DNA of 64,000 bases from Tubiluchus corallicola. Lineage: Eukaryota > Animalia > Priapulida. Where the stretch lies: NCBI GenBank assembly GCA_030141605.1, contig JAQGDQ010000366.1:56618-120617 (forward strand), in the 5' to 3' direction. Position 1 is the stretch's first letter, and each line of letters opens with the position of its first letter. The translations under genes and the position numbers were made by a program. The notes beneath the pieces were generated by a model. That model was not told the origin of the DNA. It worked only from the letters and a program-made list of their open reading frames with translations, and did not search any database. Positions 1-11,200 of this stretch are shown piece after piece.

Positions 1-352
1 TTTCGTTAAGTTTCAGAAACTTCTCGACAAATAGAAATGAATTATGGAATTACGTTTCCATTATTTAGTAAAATAATTGAATACGCGATGTTCGAAAATG
101 ACCTATGGATTTAAAAAATCAGAAGAATCAAATTTTTAAAGTTGTTGGACAAAATTTAGCAAGCCGTAACGATTATTACATGTCTTACGTTGTAACATCG
201 CTATAGCTCACAGTCATATTGGCTTTATTAATATTATAATAATTTGAAACATCGTTGAACAATAATTTGAACATTTTTTTCATTTCTGGAGATTAAAAAA
301 AGAAGAAAGAATAAAGTTGTAAAAAATAAAATAAAAAAATAATGAAGTTCCT
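1..352. repeat. ~350 bp direct repeat, copy 1 (window-truncated); copy 2 at ~1945-2300
   Basis: Near-identical sequence aagtttcagaaacttctcgacaaatag...gaagttcctata at both sites. Confidence 0.9.
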
Positions 353-359
353 ATACCAA

Positions 360-1088
360 AATTTCTAAGACTTAGTCGCATGCTAGCGCCATCTACGGGC
401 AACTTTTGTATTAAAAAGACTGAACATGATATGACCTATAATTATTGATTTTTAAACAGAAAAATGCATGGAAATAACAAATGTGCAAGCATTAAAATTG
501 AACCAGGAACCTTTAGATTACAAGTTCAGTACCTTGAACACTAGGCACAAGTGGTGACTAGGAAAAGTCTTTATTGAACTTTATTCGTTCAATCACCAAG
601 ACAAAATTTCTATGACTTACTCGTATGCTAGCGCCATCTACGGGCTGCTTTTGTATTAAAAAGACTGAACATGATATGACCTATAATTATTGATTTTTAA
701 ACAGAAAAATGCATGGAAATAACGAATGTGCAGGCATTAGAATTGAACCAGGAACCTTTAGATTACAAGTTCAGTACCATGAACACTAGGCACAAGTGGT
801 GACTAGGAAGAATCCTAATTGAAGTTTAATAGTTCAACCACCAAGACAGAATTTCTAAGACTTAGTCGCATGCTGGCGCCATCTACGGATAGTTTTTGTA
901 TTAAAAAGACTGAACATGATCTGACCTATAATTATTGATTTTTAGACAGAAAAACGCATGAAAATAACAAATGGGCAAGCATTAGAATTGAACCAGGAAA
1001 CTTTAGATTACAAGTTCAGTACCATGAACACTAGACACAAGTGGTGACGAGGAAGAATCCTAATTGAAGCTTAATAGTTCAACCACCT
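360..1088 (-). repeat. Three tandem 245-bp units with tRNA-like (SINE-head-like) segment
   Basis: Units start at ~361, 606, 851; minus strand carries TGCCTAGTG..CTTGTAA..GGTTCAATT (A-box/anticodon/B-box-like) followed by a T-run. Confidence 0.8.
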
Positions 1089-1944
1089 AAGTTTAAGTTT
1101 GTGTCCGGTTTTGCTTTAGTACCGTAGTTTTGGCAACAGTTGAGATTCAGACTTAATTACTTATCAAGTACCTTAGACTGCTACTGGTGTCCTTGCAGTT
1201 GTCCGTAATGGCAGTAACGTATACAGGTTTATCAACTTGTCTAAAATAGATTTTTAATGTGCTATGTGTTGTTGTAAAACGCTTACTGATTTTTAATGGA
1301 ATGATTTTAATACAGGCCTGCAGCAAAGACGTTGTCATTAAATGTTCATCTCAAGTGCCTCGAATTAAAAAAGCATTTCTTACGATTTAAATTATTTCAT
1401 TTTAAAAATCGCAGCAAAGAATTTTATTACTTAGGTTGGTGGTTAGTGTTAAGGTATCAGAACCTGCGTTAGGTTTCAACCATGACTGTAAAGCAACACA
1501 CCCTGTCTAAACAATCAATTAAAAAAGTGTTGAGTGTTTGTAAAGCATTGTGAACAAACTCGATATCCCATTATCTTTGTGCATTTAAATATATCCCTGT
1601 CCTCTACTGATGTTGAAGAATTACAACCAAAGCAATAAAATTCAAATGCAAAGCTGGTTGGAAGTGGAGCAGGACCTGCATGATAATTTATTCCATTTTA
1701 ATTTCGAAGGTGACATCTGATGTATGATTCCCTGAACACCTTGGAACCTAGTAATCCAGGGTTGCTCTTAATTAATATTCCATGACTTGCATGGGCGTGG
1801 CACAATCGATCAGGTCAGAATTTTATTTCATAGTATAGTACTTAACAGCTGTGCAAAACCAGAATAATACAGGCTAATATGAAGCAGTAAAACCAATAGC
1901 GAGGTTAACATTAAGTTGAATGAGAAGTTATTGTATTCACAAAA

Positions 1945-2300
1945 TTCGGTAAGTTTCAGAAACTTCTCGACAAATAGAAATGAATTATGGAATTATACGT
2001 TTCCATTATTCAGTCAAATAAATTGAATACGCGATGTTCGAAAATGACCTATGGATTTAAAAAATTAGAAGAAATAAATTTTTAAAGTTGTTAGACAAAA
2101 TTTAGCAAGCCGTAACGATTATTACATGTCTTACATTGTAACATCGCCATAGCTCACAGTCATATTGGCTTTATTAATATTATAATAATTTGAAACATCG
2201 TTGAACAATAATTTGAACATTTTTTTCATTTCTGGAGATTAAAAAAAGAAGAAAGAATAAAGTTGTAAAAAATAAAAAATAAAAATGATGAAGATCCTAT
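1945..2300. repeat. ~350 bp direct repeat, copy 2
   Basis: Matches 1-352. Confidence 0.9.
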
Positions 2301-3848
2301 ATGACGTGGCATAGTTGATGAGAAATAAAGAGATGCTACATAGACAGAATAAAGGACAGTACACCACCTTCGACCAACTCACTGTGTATGTGGACAGGCT
2401 GCGTGAGAATTGAATTTATTTTTTGAATTATTATGTTGTTCTTTTTCAAATTAATTCAGCACCAATACAATATCTGCTCTCATAACAGTACTCAGTAAAC
2501 AATTTTAGCCTTTAGAAAATTAATTTGCCAAACCTGCCCTCATAAAGCTACTCAACTAAGCAACTTTGGCTGCTAGAATATTAATTTGTATTTACAAATG
2601 TGTTTATATAAGTTTCTGTGTGTGTTCTTGAATGGTTATTTACTGTTGTAACTGTATTTTGAATGTGAACTTTAAGTTTGGAATGAATGATAAATCAATC
2701 AAATTAAAAAACCTGTAGAGGTGAATTAATAAAATTGTTTTATCAGATTAATGTATGCTCAAGATTTCATTTGTAAAATAAAAAACTTCGTGAGTGAGTT
2801 TTTTGTGATGAAAAAAATTCCAATGCTGCACAAACCTGTAAATGTAAATTCTAGGTCTTTCACTCATATTGCAATGAAATTACTGTCGAGTTTCATGGGA
2901 CTAAAGTTAAGCGCGAAAATAACCAATTTTTTTATGCAACCTGAATCCTTCAACGAAAATCTGGCACACCAGTTAAACAAAAATCTTAGCAATGAAAGCA
3001 TAATTTCAGTTACATATATTTAGAGGTACAAAAGTGCATGTAAAATGCATGAATTTTGATATTGTTTACATATAAAAGGTTTACATAAATCACTAATGTG
3101 CAATGGTATTTAAGCAGTCTAAATTGCCCTTATTAGGCTTTGCGAACAAAAAACAGAGGGCTTACTACCTATCAACTTTATATATAATTCTATATAGTGG
3201 AATAGGTAGGCAGCTAGAGGCCACTGTGAGGTTGACCTCCTACAAGCAAACGTCATATAATCCGCCTAATTCGTTCGGTTATTTTTTTCTTTTCAACAGT
3301 TTCTTTATAGTTATGTGCTAATTTGCGCGTTATATATCTAGCATTAGTACTCTGTGTTTATTGTATTAACTATATTGTGATATGTTGTGAACTAACTTAT
3401 TGAGATAAAGTGAATAATTATCTATAATTGGTTGTCCTGCTGTGATAGAAAGTAATAATGTAAATGCACCAAATCATGTAAGTTGCAATAAATTATAATT
3501 TGGGTGACCACTCTTTTAATCAAATAGTTGTGCGGTTTTTCTTAAAAGTCAAGAATTAATCTAAATTATATGTTTCAATAGCAGCAAACCATTTTAATTA
3601 ACAACTCGTAGACATAAGCATTATGCCTCTTTTTCTATAAAAACAAATTAGACCATATATATATAATTCTATTTCAAGAAATTAAAAACCAGGCCGATGT
3701 CTCTCCCACAAACTTCTGAAAAAAATGAGCATTTTTCACACTCCGCCACGTTTGACCTCAATTTGTTGGGCTTTTGCATCACGATATTTAAACCAGTTGC
3801 AGGTTATGCCTTCTCTGGATGTAAGACAATTTACCTCTGTTGTTACCA

Positions 3849-4709
3849 TCACTGGCATCTCAGAATCTTCTTGAACGCTGCTCTAAATTTAGCATTTGTT
3901 GCCACGTATATGAAAGGGTTAACTGCGCAATTCCAGTAAGTGATCCGTGCTACTATTTGGAAGGATAGGTCTGACGCACACAATGGACAATTTGCAAACG
4001 TCATCGCCAAGATTGAGTATGGACCCCAGCAAATGAAAAATGCAACAGTGACGATGGCTAAAGTTTTCGTTGCTTTCATTTCCATCACTCTTGTACTAGT
4101 TTGTCGGTTTTTCTCGTGAATTTTCAATATTTGCTTTCTTGCTGCTCGCCATATTAATGCATACAGTGAAACTACAACTATCATAGGTAGATAAATTGTT
4201 ATAGTTATGGTAGCAGTTGTAATTAAACCCAATGTGTCTATGTATGCTAAAATAAAGGCAAAAAGCCACGTAATAGATAATATCGTACTTAATGTTCTCT
4301 TTGCAAAGTATGTGTTGTATTTGAAAGGGTGCAAAACTGCTACGTATCTCTCACCTGCAATTAAACACAAGTGTATTATACTGCTGTTCAGAACCACATA
4401 TATTACAAAAAGTTCAGCAGAGTAATACAAAGTGCCAAAATGCTCAGCGTATACTAGACCAATGATTTCAACTGGTAGTGGTACCAGTCCAAATAGCAGA
4501 TCTGTTACAGCTAGTGATACGATCAGTGCATTCGTTCTTGTTTGCAACTGCTCATATTTGTAAACTGCAACTAGAACTAGCAAGTTTCCAGTAACTATAA
4601 TCACAGCTAGGCACACAAGAAATGTTACAGTAGCCAAAGTACACCAACTTCCATACAGATGTAGGGCGCAAGTTGTGTTTCCTGCTGTACTGTAATTGTC
4701 ACGTAGCAT
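3849..4709 (-). CDS. Intronless class A (rhodopsin-like) GPCR, orphan amine/adenosine/melanocortin-like, 286 aa
   Basis: Seven hydrophobic segments with canonical motifs: TM1 GNLLV, TM2 SLAVTDLL, TM3 ERY, TM4 W, TM6 KATKTL..FFICWGPY, TM7 NCAVNPFIY, helix 8 KFRAAFKKIL; N-terminal N-glycosylation sequons (NYS, NTT). Confidence 0.95.
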   Translation of the reverse strand: MLRDNYSTAGNTTCALHLYGSWCTLATVTFLVCLAVIIVTGNLLVLVAVYKYEQLQTRTNALIVSLAVTDLLFGLVPLPVEIIGLVYAEHFGTLYYSAELFVIYVVLNSSIIHLCLIAGERYVAVLHPFKYNTYFAKRTLSTILSITWLFAFILAYIDTLGLITTATITITIYLPMIVVVSLYALIWRAARKQILKIHEKNRQTSTRVMEMKATKTLAIVTVAFFICWGPYSILAMTFANCPLCASDLSFQIVARITYWNCAVNPFIYVATNAKFRAAFKKILRCQ

Positions 4710-5695
4710 TTTTATATGTTACCATTTCACATGATCACCAACGTTACTCTGACATGTTTGTTCACTCGAGAAATACAATTCTGCTTTTTAACACAGAAGC
4801 CTGCACATCTCATTAGTATTTTAGCACGCCCATACTTTTGTTAGTATGGCATCATTACAAACAACACATCTTGTGTACATTCCTAAAAGCCTTCGTTTAA
4901 TTACGTATATATAATAGAGAGTAGCATATTGCAATGATTGCTGCGATGAATACCCTATATTTCGAAGACAATAATTATTACACTCACAAAATGGCGCAAA
5001 TAATGTCCATCTAAACAAAGAATTTAAAGCTAACTGTTATTTGATTGTAAAAACTACGTTTGTAGTGATAATACAATATTAGCAATGTAAGCTTTTTGTC
5101 TTGTGAACCTCATATCTTGTCCGGAGGCAGATGCTTTGCAAATTCTCAAATTGGACAAACGATTTTGCAAAGACAAAAATGCCTGCCGTATTAGCACATC
5201 GTGCTTTTATAAAGGTGCTGCATACACTTGATGTAGTGCATAGATTTATGATAAGATACATAGTGAAGAAAAGATTTATTACAATCAACACTAGAATATT
5301 AATATTCTATGACTATATTCAACTACAATTTTCACACAAAAAAACCTAAGGCTGCTGTTTTTTTATCTTGTTTTTAAAGAATAAACAGTTTCAAACAAAT
5401 TCGGTAAGTTAGCAAATACAAGTTGAATCCAGTATTGCTGTATGGTGCTACAAACTTTTTGTATTAATATCCTACAAGGATGACAACCAGGCAGACAAGA
5501 TTTCAGGAGAGTTCGCTTCTCGACTGTATAGAGCTGTTTTCCATCTGTTCCAAACATCCACAGAAATGGGCTATTTGCAGAGCTGCACAAAATTTATTGT
5601 TGATTAGTTAAGGTGGTGAGATAGTAGACATCTTGGATTATGTTGAACTCAAGTGGAAAATGTTTCAAAACCAAGTACGTTGTTGTTTAATTGTC

Positions 5696-5883
5696 TCAGC
5701 ATCTGATTATTTTACTAAATGCTGTTTTAAATCTCTTATTTGATGCCGCATATATGATGGGGTTGATTCCGCTGTTGCAATATCCAAATAGCATTATATA
5801 TTTTTCTTGAAATGCAGAAACTGCATCTGGGGTTGATTATGGAAAACACTGTAAATGGTGCAAAGCAAACAACAAACGCAAAA
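5696..5883 (-). pseudogene. Truncated GPCR paralog fragment (TM6-TM7-helix 8) with frameshift
   Basis: Manual translation: FAFVVCFAPFTVFSIINPRCSFCISRKIY, frameshift, then MLFGYCNSGINPIIYAASNKRFKTAFSKIIRC*. The 5' part is replaced by an interspersed repeat starting at ~5888. Confidence 0.85.
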
Positions 5884-5887
5884 TAGA

Positions 5888-6180
5888 CTCTACATCATAT
5901 GACGTCAGAAACTAACACAGCAGTCAATGATCATGCTTATCACGGTACCACCTTCTATTTGTCGGCCACGCAAATGTGACAAAAAGGCGCCGTTGCCAAT
6001 CTTATTAGATTCACTGAGCCGCACGTAGCTTTGGAAGTTTAACGAAATTTAAGTACCCGAGGTAATTATTATTTAATCTAAGCTTTAATTTAAAATAAGC
6101 TATTGTAGTTTTCAATATTTTTCTTTGTTCAGACCATTCTTTGTTCTGACCTCGTGTTTACACAATCTTCCGGTTTTCGT
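5888..6180 (+). mobile_element. Non-autonomous element fragment (family starting ttaa-AGGAAGACCG; copies at ~33025-33480 and ~50033-50570)
   Basis: Shared block tacatcatatgacgtcagaaac...gattcactgagccgc...aatctaagcttt in all three copies. Confidence 0.75.
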
Positions 6181-6517
6181 CAAAGTTATAATTGTTACAT
6201 CTTTGTATTGAATAAGGACGAATAAGTTCGCATCATCTTCTGTTGCTTGAATAAAGAGTCAAGGGTGCAACGGGCCCTGCATGCATTTCAGGGGGTATCC
6301 AATCTCAAATAGCAATTTTTCTTTAGAAATTTCAAATTTTTGCTGCCAAGTTAGTTGTACAAGCTGGTTTACAGTCTCAGTTTTCTAAAAAAATGTCATA
6401 CCATGTTCTATATACAATGACAAATCTTGGAATTTGTTGATATTTTTTTAGTAATCAATGCTCTCCCCTTTTTTAGTTTATTCTTGCCCTCGTTCGCCAG
6501 AATAGTGACGTTATTAA

Positions 6518-6853
6518 CAGTGGCGGCTAGTTAGTTGAGATTCTAAGAAAATGTTAAGCCATTATTTTAATATTGTGTAAAACGAAACAAACACATGTAA
6601 TTTTAATGTTCTAATTTGTAATTGTAATTTTAAACAAACAAACATAGGTAAGTTGTTCATAAACTTGTTAAAATTCTATACAAAACTACTTTTGCTTACT
6701 AATAGCCTAAATTATCGCAGCTCAAGCTTGATCCACTCACAGTAAGCATGTGACAACTGACAACAAACGGTGTGAGCGACAGTACATTTTCTACGTGGGC
6801 TCAGACATGTGCGCATGTGCAGTTCCACAGTACTTATACACGAGCCACCACTG
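6518..6853. mobile_element. hAT-like MITE with CAGTGG TIRs; diverged partial copy at ~20595-20815
   Basis: cagtggcggct...agccaccactg termini; internal similarity to 20595-20815. Confidence 0.6.
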
Positions 6854-7684
6854 GTTAATATGAAGACCGTTGTTCCGCTCGTTTGGAATTAGGGCAGGAC
6901 AATTTAGCCAATTTTAATGGCAAATTCCTTCAATCCCTTATGAAATTTCCTTCCTTATACTTATGAAGTGAGACAATGGTAGATAATCTGTTAAATATGC
7001 CTAATGATTTTCAAGATAATATAAAGTTAAATTCACAATGTGTTTACCAGTTGTCACAGCACTAATGATTTTCAAGCATGAAATTCAGTAGATAAGCTTC
7101 TAATATTTATTGAAAAATGGGTTTACCAATTGGGGGGTAGTGGGTGACATAAAATCAAGAAGCTGACTCTGTGCATAACCAAACTTGTGCACGCCAGAGG
7201 TCAGCACGAGGTTTGACGTGCTCGTATTTCTTTTGTAAGCCTTGCTTATTCAGGTGGCTTATACATCACACATCATTTTTCTTTTCGCAGTGTCAAAACA
7301 GATTGGGGCCAGAGAGGCAATTCAACATATACCATCAAGATATCCTTTGTTAAATTCTTATCTAATGCTTCTTCTAATTAGTATCTTTAACTAATATGAT
7401 TTTGTAGTTAAAACCTGATGATCATTAAGTAAATAAGTATTTATACCGACTGCATTGTGTAGAATATTTGCTACAATAATTTTTTTCTTGACTAAATGTT
7501 TACCATTGTGACGGCGATTATCAGTTTTGTCGCATTGATTCTTATTTCAATTTTGGTCTGGATGCACACATCGCTGGTAATTTCCAACGGTTATTGTAAG
7601 TTGTCTCGCTCTGCTACTTATATCAAACAGATTGGTGCAGCACAGGCGATCAGAGAACCAGGCGGTGAAACAAATACCATCCAG

Positions 7685-8090
7685 TAGTCGTATACTGCCC
7701 TTACAGGCATTTATATAAACGAAATACTTTATGATGGTAACTGTTTGTGGTGTGTAAGGCGACTGACTTATTTCACCTTTATGGGCTTTTAAAGTGCTTA
7801 AAGCTGTACAGGGAAACGTGTTACTAAATCAAGATCATTTTGACCGTTAGACGCAGCCATTTTGACGATAATCCATTTGAAACAAGTTTAGATAACGCTG
7901 AGTAAAGTTTGAAAAAATAATCAGAGAATTTATAGTGCATAGGTCACTGACTAAGCAAAATTTTAAATTACTGTATCTTGTCAGTAAGATTAAAAATACG
8001 TTTTCGGTTAGTGAGTTTACCAATTGGTGAAAACATTTTAAATAATTCATAATTTTCTTTTCTGGTTACATAAGTTTTTCCAGTCTTTCC
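7685..8090 (-). mobile_element. Chimeric T2-like MITE copy (inverse of 40300-40735)
   Basis: Reverse complement near-identical to 40300-40735, including the junction ctaacggtcaaaatgatc. Confidence 0.75.
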
Positions 8091-8225
8091 ATAAGTCAAA
8101 CCATTCTTTCTTGTCCCTTCTGCAACTTCTTTTCACTGCTCTATCTGCCAGTTGGTACTGCTCATTGGCTTGGCTCTTGCGTTCTAGTGTTTTTGCTAGG
8201 TCTCTCTCTTGCTTGATCCTCTTTC
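8090..8225 (-). mobile_element. RTE-like LINE ORF2 fragment
   Basis: Minus translation RIKQERDLAKTLERKSQANEQYQLADRAVKRSCRRDKKEW, typical of the endonuclease-RT linker of RTE-type elements. Confidence 0.55.
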
Positions 8226-11200
8226 ATCTATTAATTCCCAAGTTATATATTATATATATAACATACAAAAAATTTACATATCTGACATACACTCGTAACC
8301 TGACATGGCAATTTTTCATCATATCTAGTGTACAGTAGTAACCTGACACAGCAATTTTGCATATTTAGCATACAATACTAACCTGTTATAGCAATTTTTG
8401 AGGCTCTCTAAATTCACAGATATGCTTCCAGATTTGTCTAAAATAGTCTCACTCAGATAAAGACACTCACTTAAAAAGTAAAAACTTTCGTGACCACAAG
8501 GTGTCATTCATACCAAAATCTGGGCCATGCTGTGACTAATGTGTTGAGTAACCAAACTCAACTTACTATTTTTATTGTAATTTTATAACAGTTTGTTAGA
8601 GTACTCGTCTACATTACACTATTCTGAAAAAATGTTATCCTGTAATTTCAATCTTTGCTGAATGCTACTGAGATATGTTTGAATTAATTTTAGGGCTGTG
8701 TTATTAAATCCTATCTGTTTCAGGTTATCTAGCAGAAGTTTGTGCTCAAAGGCCTTGCTTAAGTCTAGAAAGGCCGCTAATACATGTTTGTTTTTACCAA
8801 GGTCTGATTGCCCTTTTTGTATATATATAATTGCACCTATTGTTAAGTGTTTGGCGCAAAAGTCAAATTAGTGATCTGAAAATAATTTATTATTGTTAAT
8901 CTTTTATTGTTCTTAATATTATCATTAATCTAATTGAACATATAAACACTGATTGTTGCAAACGTGAAATTTTATTTACAAGAAAGTGATTTCTGCTGGG
9001 CAGTGGAGCGTGGAGGGCCTGTAATAAGTCAACCTCAGTTCAACGTCATTGGTCGCCGATTAAAGCAGAAATTATTTTTTGGTGCGCTTTCGTTGCTAAT
9101 GCGTACTAACTTTGGGTTTTCGCGATATTCAGAAATCAATTACAGTGCGCGAAACTGTGTGGAGTGATTCGGATTTCAGAAATTCAGATGCTGCAGCAGC
9201 AACGGATAATACACTCAAGGTTTAATGATTTTGGTGTTGTTAGAATGTCACTACAGCAAATTTTTTAAACATCTACTTTCTAATCTGTAGTGGGCTTAGC
9301 AAATTGATCGATTTAATTTTATTCATCATTTGCGCGAGTTTTTCATCATTTCGTATAAGTATAAACTTGTGGTTATGTAAATTGCTCTGCAACTTTGATG
9401 TTTTTAACCAGATCTTGTAGTTGTGAAAGCAAGCTCATTGTAAGCAAGTTTTGAAAACTCCCTGATAAACGTGCCTGCATTTTTTTTGTGTTTGCCTTAC
9501 TGAGTCTGTCATCTACAAGTTTATCTTTCAGGAGTGACCCAGCAATCAACACTGTATATGCGAGGTATGCCTGCATCATTATTATTTATTACGTTATACA
9601 GTATCGGACGGTCTGCTTCTGAATGGTCGAAAAAGTCAAAATTATCGACAGAAGCGGCATAATCAGACTTATTGCCTAGTCTTGCTTAATCAAGGGCTTG
9701 TCAAAATCATAGCAAATTAACACGAAATTTCAAACTGGTTGAAAGTTTCTGACCTTGGCGGTTTCGTTAGACAAAAGCTGCTTATTAAATGCTAAATCTT
9801 TGGTACTTACCCTGTTTGTATTATTATGGCAGCCGTTCTGTTCTGCATGTCTAGCACGGTCGATGGGTGATTTTATTTTGGGTAAAGGTTTTGCGTATTC
9901 TGTCTCACTGGAATGGCAATTTGTGCAATGTTCATGTTGAAGTAACAATTGGTGGATAATTGTAGTCTGTCTCCCGCTCGCTCTCTCTGTCTCTCTCTCG
10001 CTCTCTCTCCCCTCTTTCGATGTAACAGCTTTATGTTGGGTTTATTTTACTCTTATCACTTAATTGAAAAAAATATAACAAAGAAATTTGCAAAGACTGT
10101 CTATAAAGCAACAGTTTAAGTGCTTCTTAAACTAATTCAAAGTTCTGCACCTTACCTAAGGTTCATGCCAAAAATATTACAAAATTGGCTATCTTATTTT
10201 TTTGCAAAACTTACTATGCTTTTGATGAAGATTTTTCTTCAGGATGAATGATGTCACTGGAAAAAAGAATTGTAGTTCAAAATGGGAGCACCCACACATG
10301 AAGTCATCGCAACTTTAAAATGATTTTACTAGTTACACGAGGCGCTTATTGCAGCTTTATTACTAATTCCTTCTAACATTTTTCATGAACATTGAAATAA
10401 ACCAGACTTTCTAGAAGGCTTGGCCTTTCCTTACAGTACATCCACAGTACCCAGTGTAGTAGGACCAGAATCTAGCTTATTATCAAGGATAATTCTGTGA
10501 GATGAGACAATTAACTGTCACGTTTGTCTTTGCCATGTTTGGACAAATGTACTTTCTCTCTGGACAAGATGTATTATTATTACTGTTTATTCGTTCTCAG
10601 GTACAATAACAAAATTATGTAGAGGGATTAGTCAAAAAATAACAATATAGGTTAAACAAATATGGTTAGTTAAAATATCAATATAATATGTAATACACCA
10701 ATATATGTTTATGTTCAACATGACGTTACTTTGTCATGTTGAACATAAACATGACAGTGTTTATGTGTTATTATGTTTATGTCAAATTAAGTGTCATAAT
10801 AATATAGACTTATTACACTTAATTTATTACCCATAAGTAACTAAATGTACAAACTATATACAAACTATCTATAACACATTTTATGTCAATCCACTAATAT
10901 ACAACTAGTTACAGCAAATGTGAATCAAAATAGAAATTACCTATTATTTTTCGAGAAAGTTGTTATTTGTTTCGATCGCATGTATTGCATCCGTGATAAG
11001 TGAACTTATTACAACTTCTCCTTAATCGAAAGACTTCTCGGTAATACAGTGCATCAAATGTTTCAAGTCACGACAGTTTGAGTTATTATTATATTTCCAA
11101 TAATTGTCTCCGGTAATCAATCTCACTGAAAAAACAGCTTTTGATTTACTAGAACATTATTACTTCTAATTCAAATCATTTATTTTTCATCCCAATAACT

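Noticed and set aside
495-560. Functional tRNA-Thr gene
   Set aside because: No acceptor or D stem pairing; only box-like remnants.
5079-5610. Short ORFs between the GPCR and its pseudogene
   Set aside because: No recognisable motif or consistent splice structure.
9030-9170. Promoter (ATTGG plus E2F-like GCGCGAAA motifs)
   Set aside because: Short motifs only; no TSS or linked exon can be supported.
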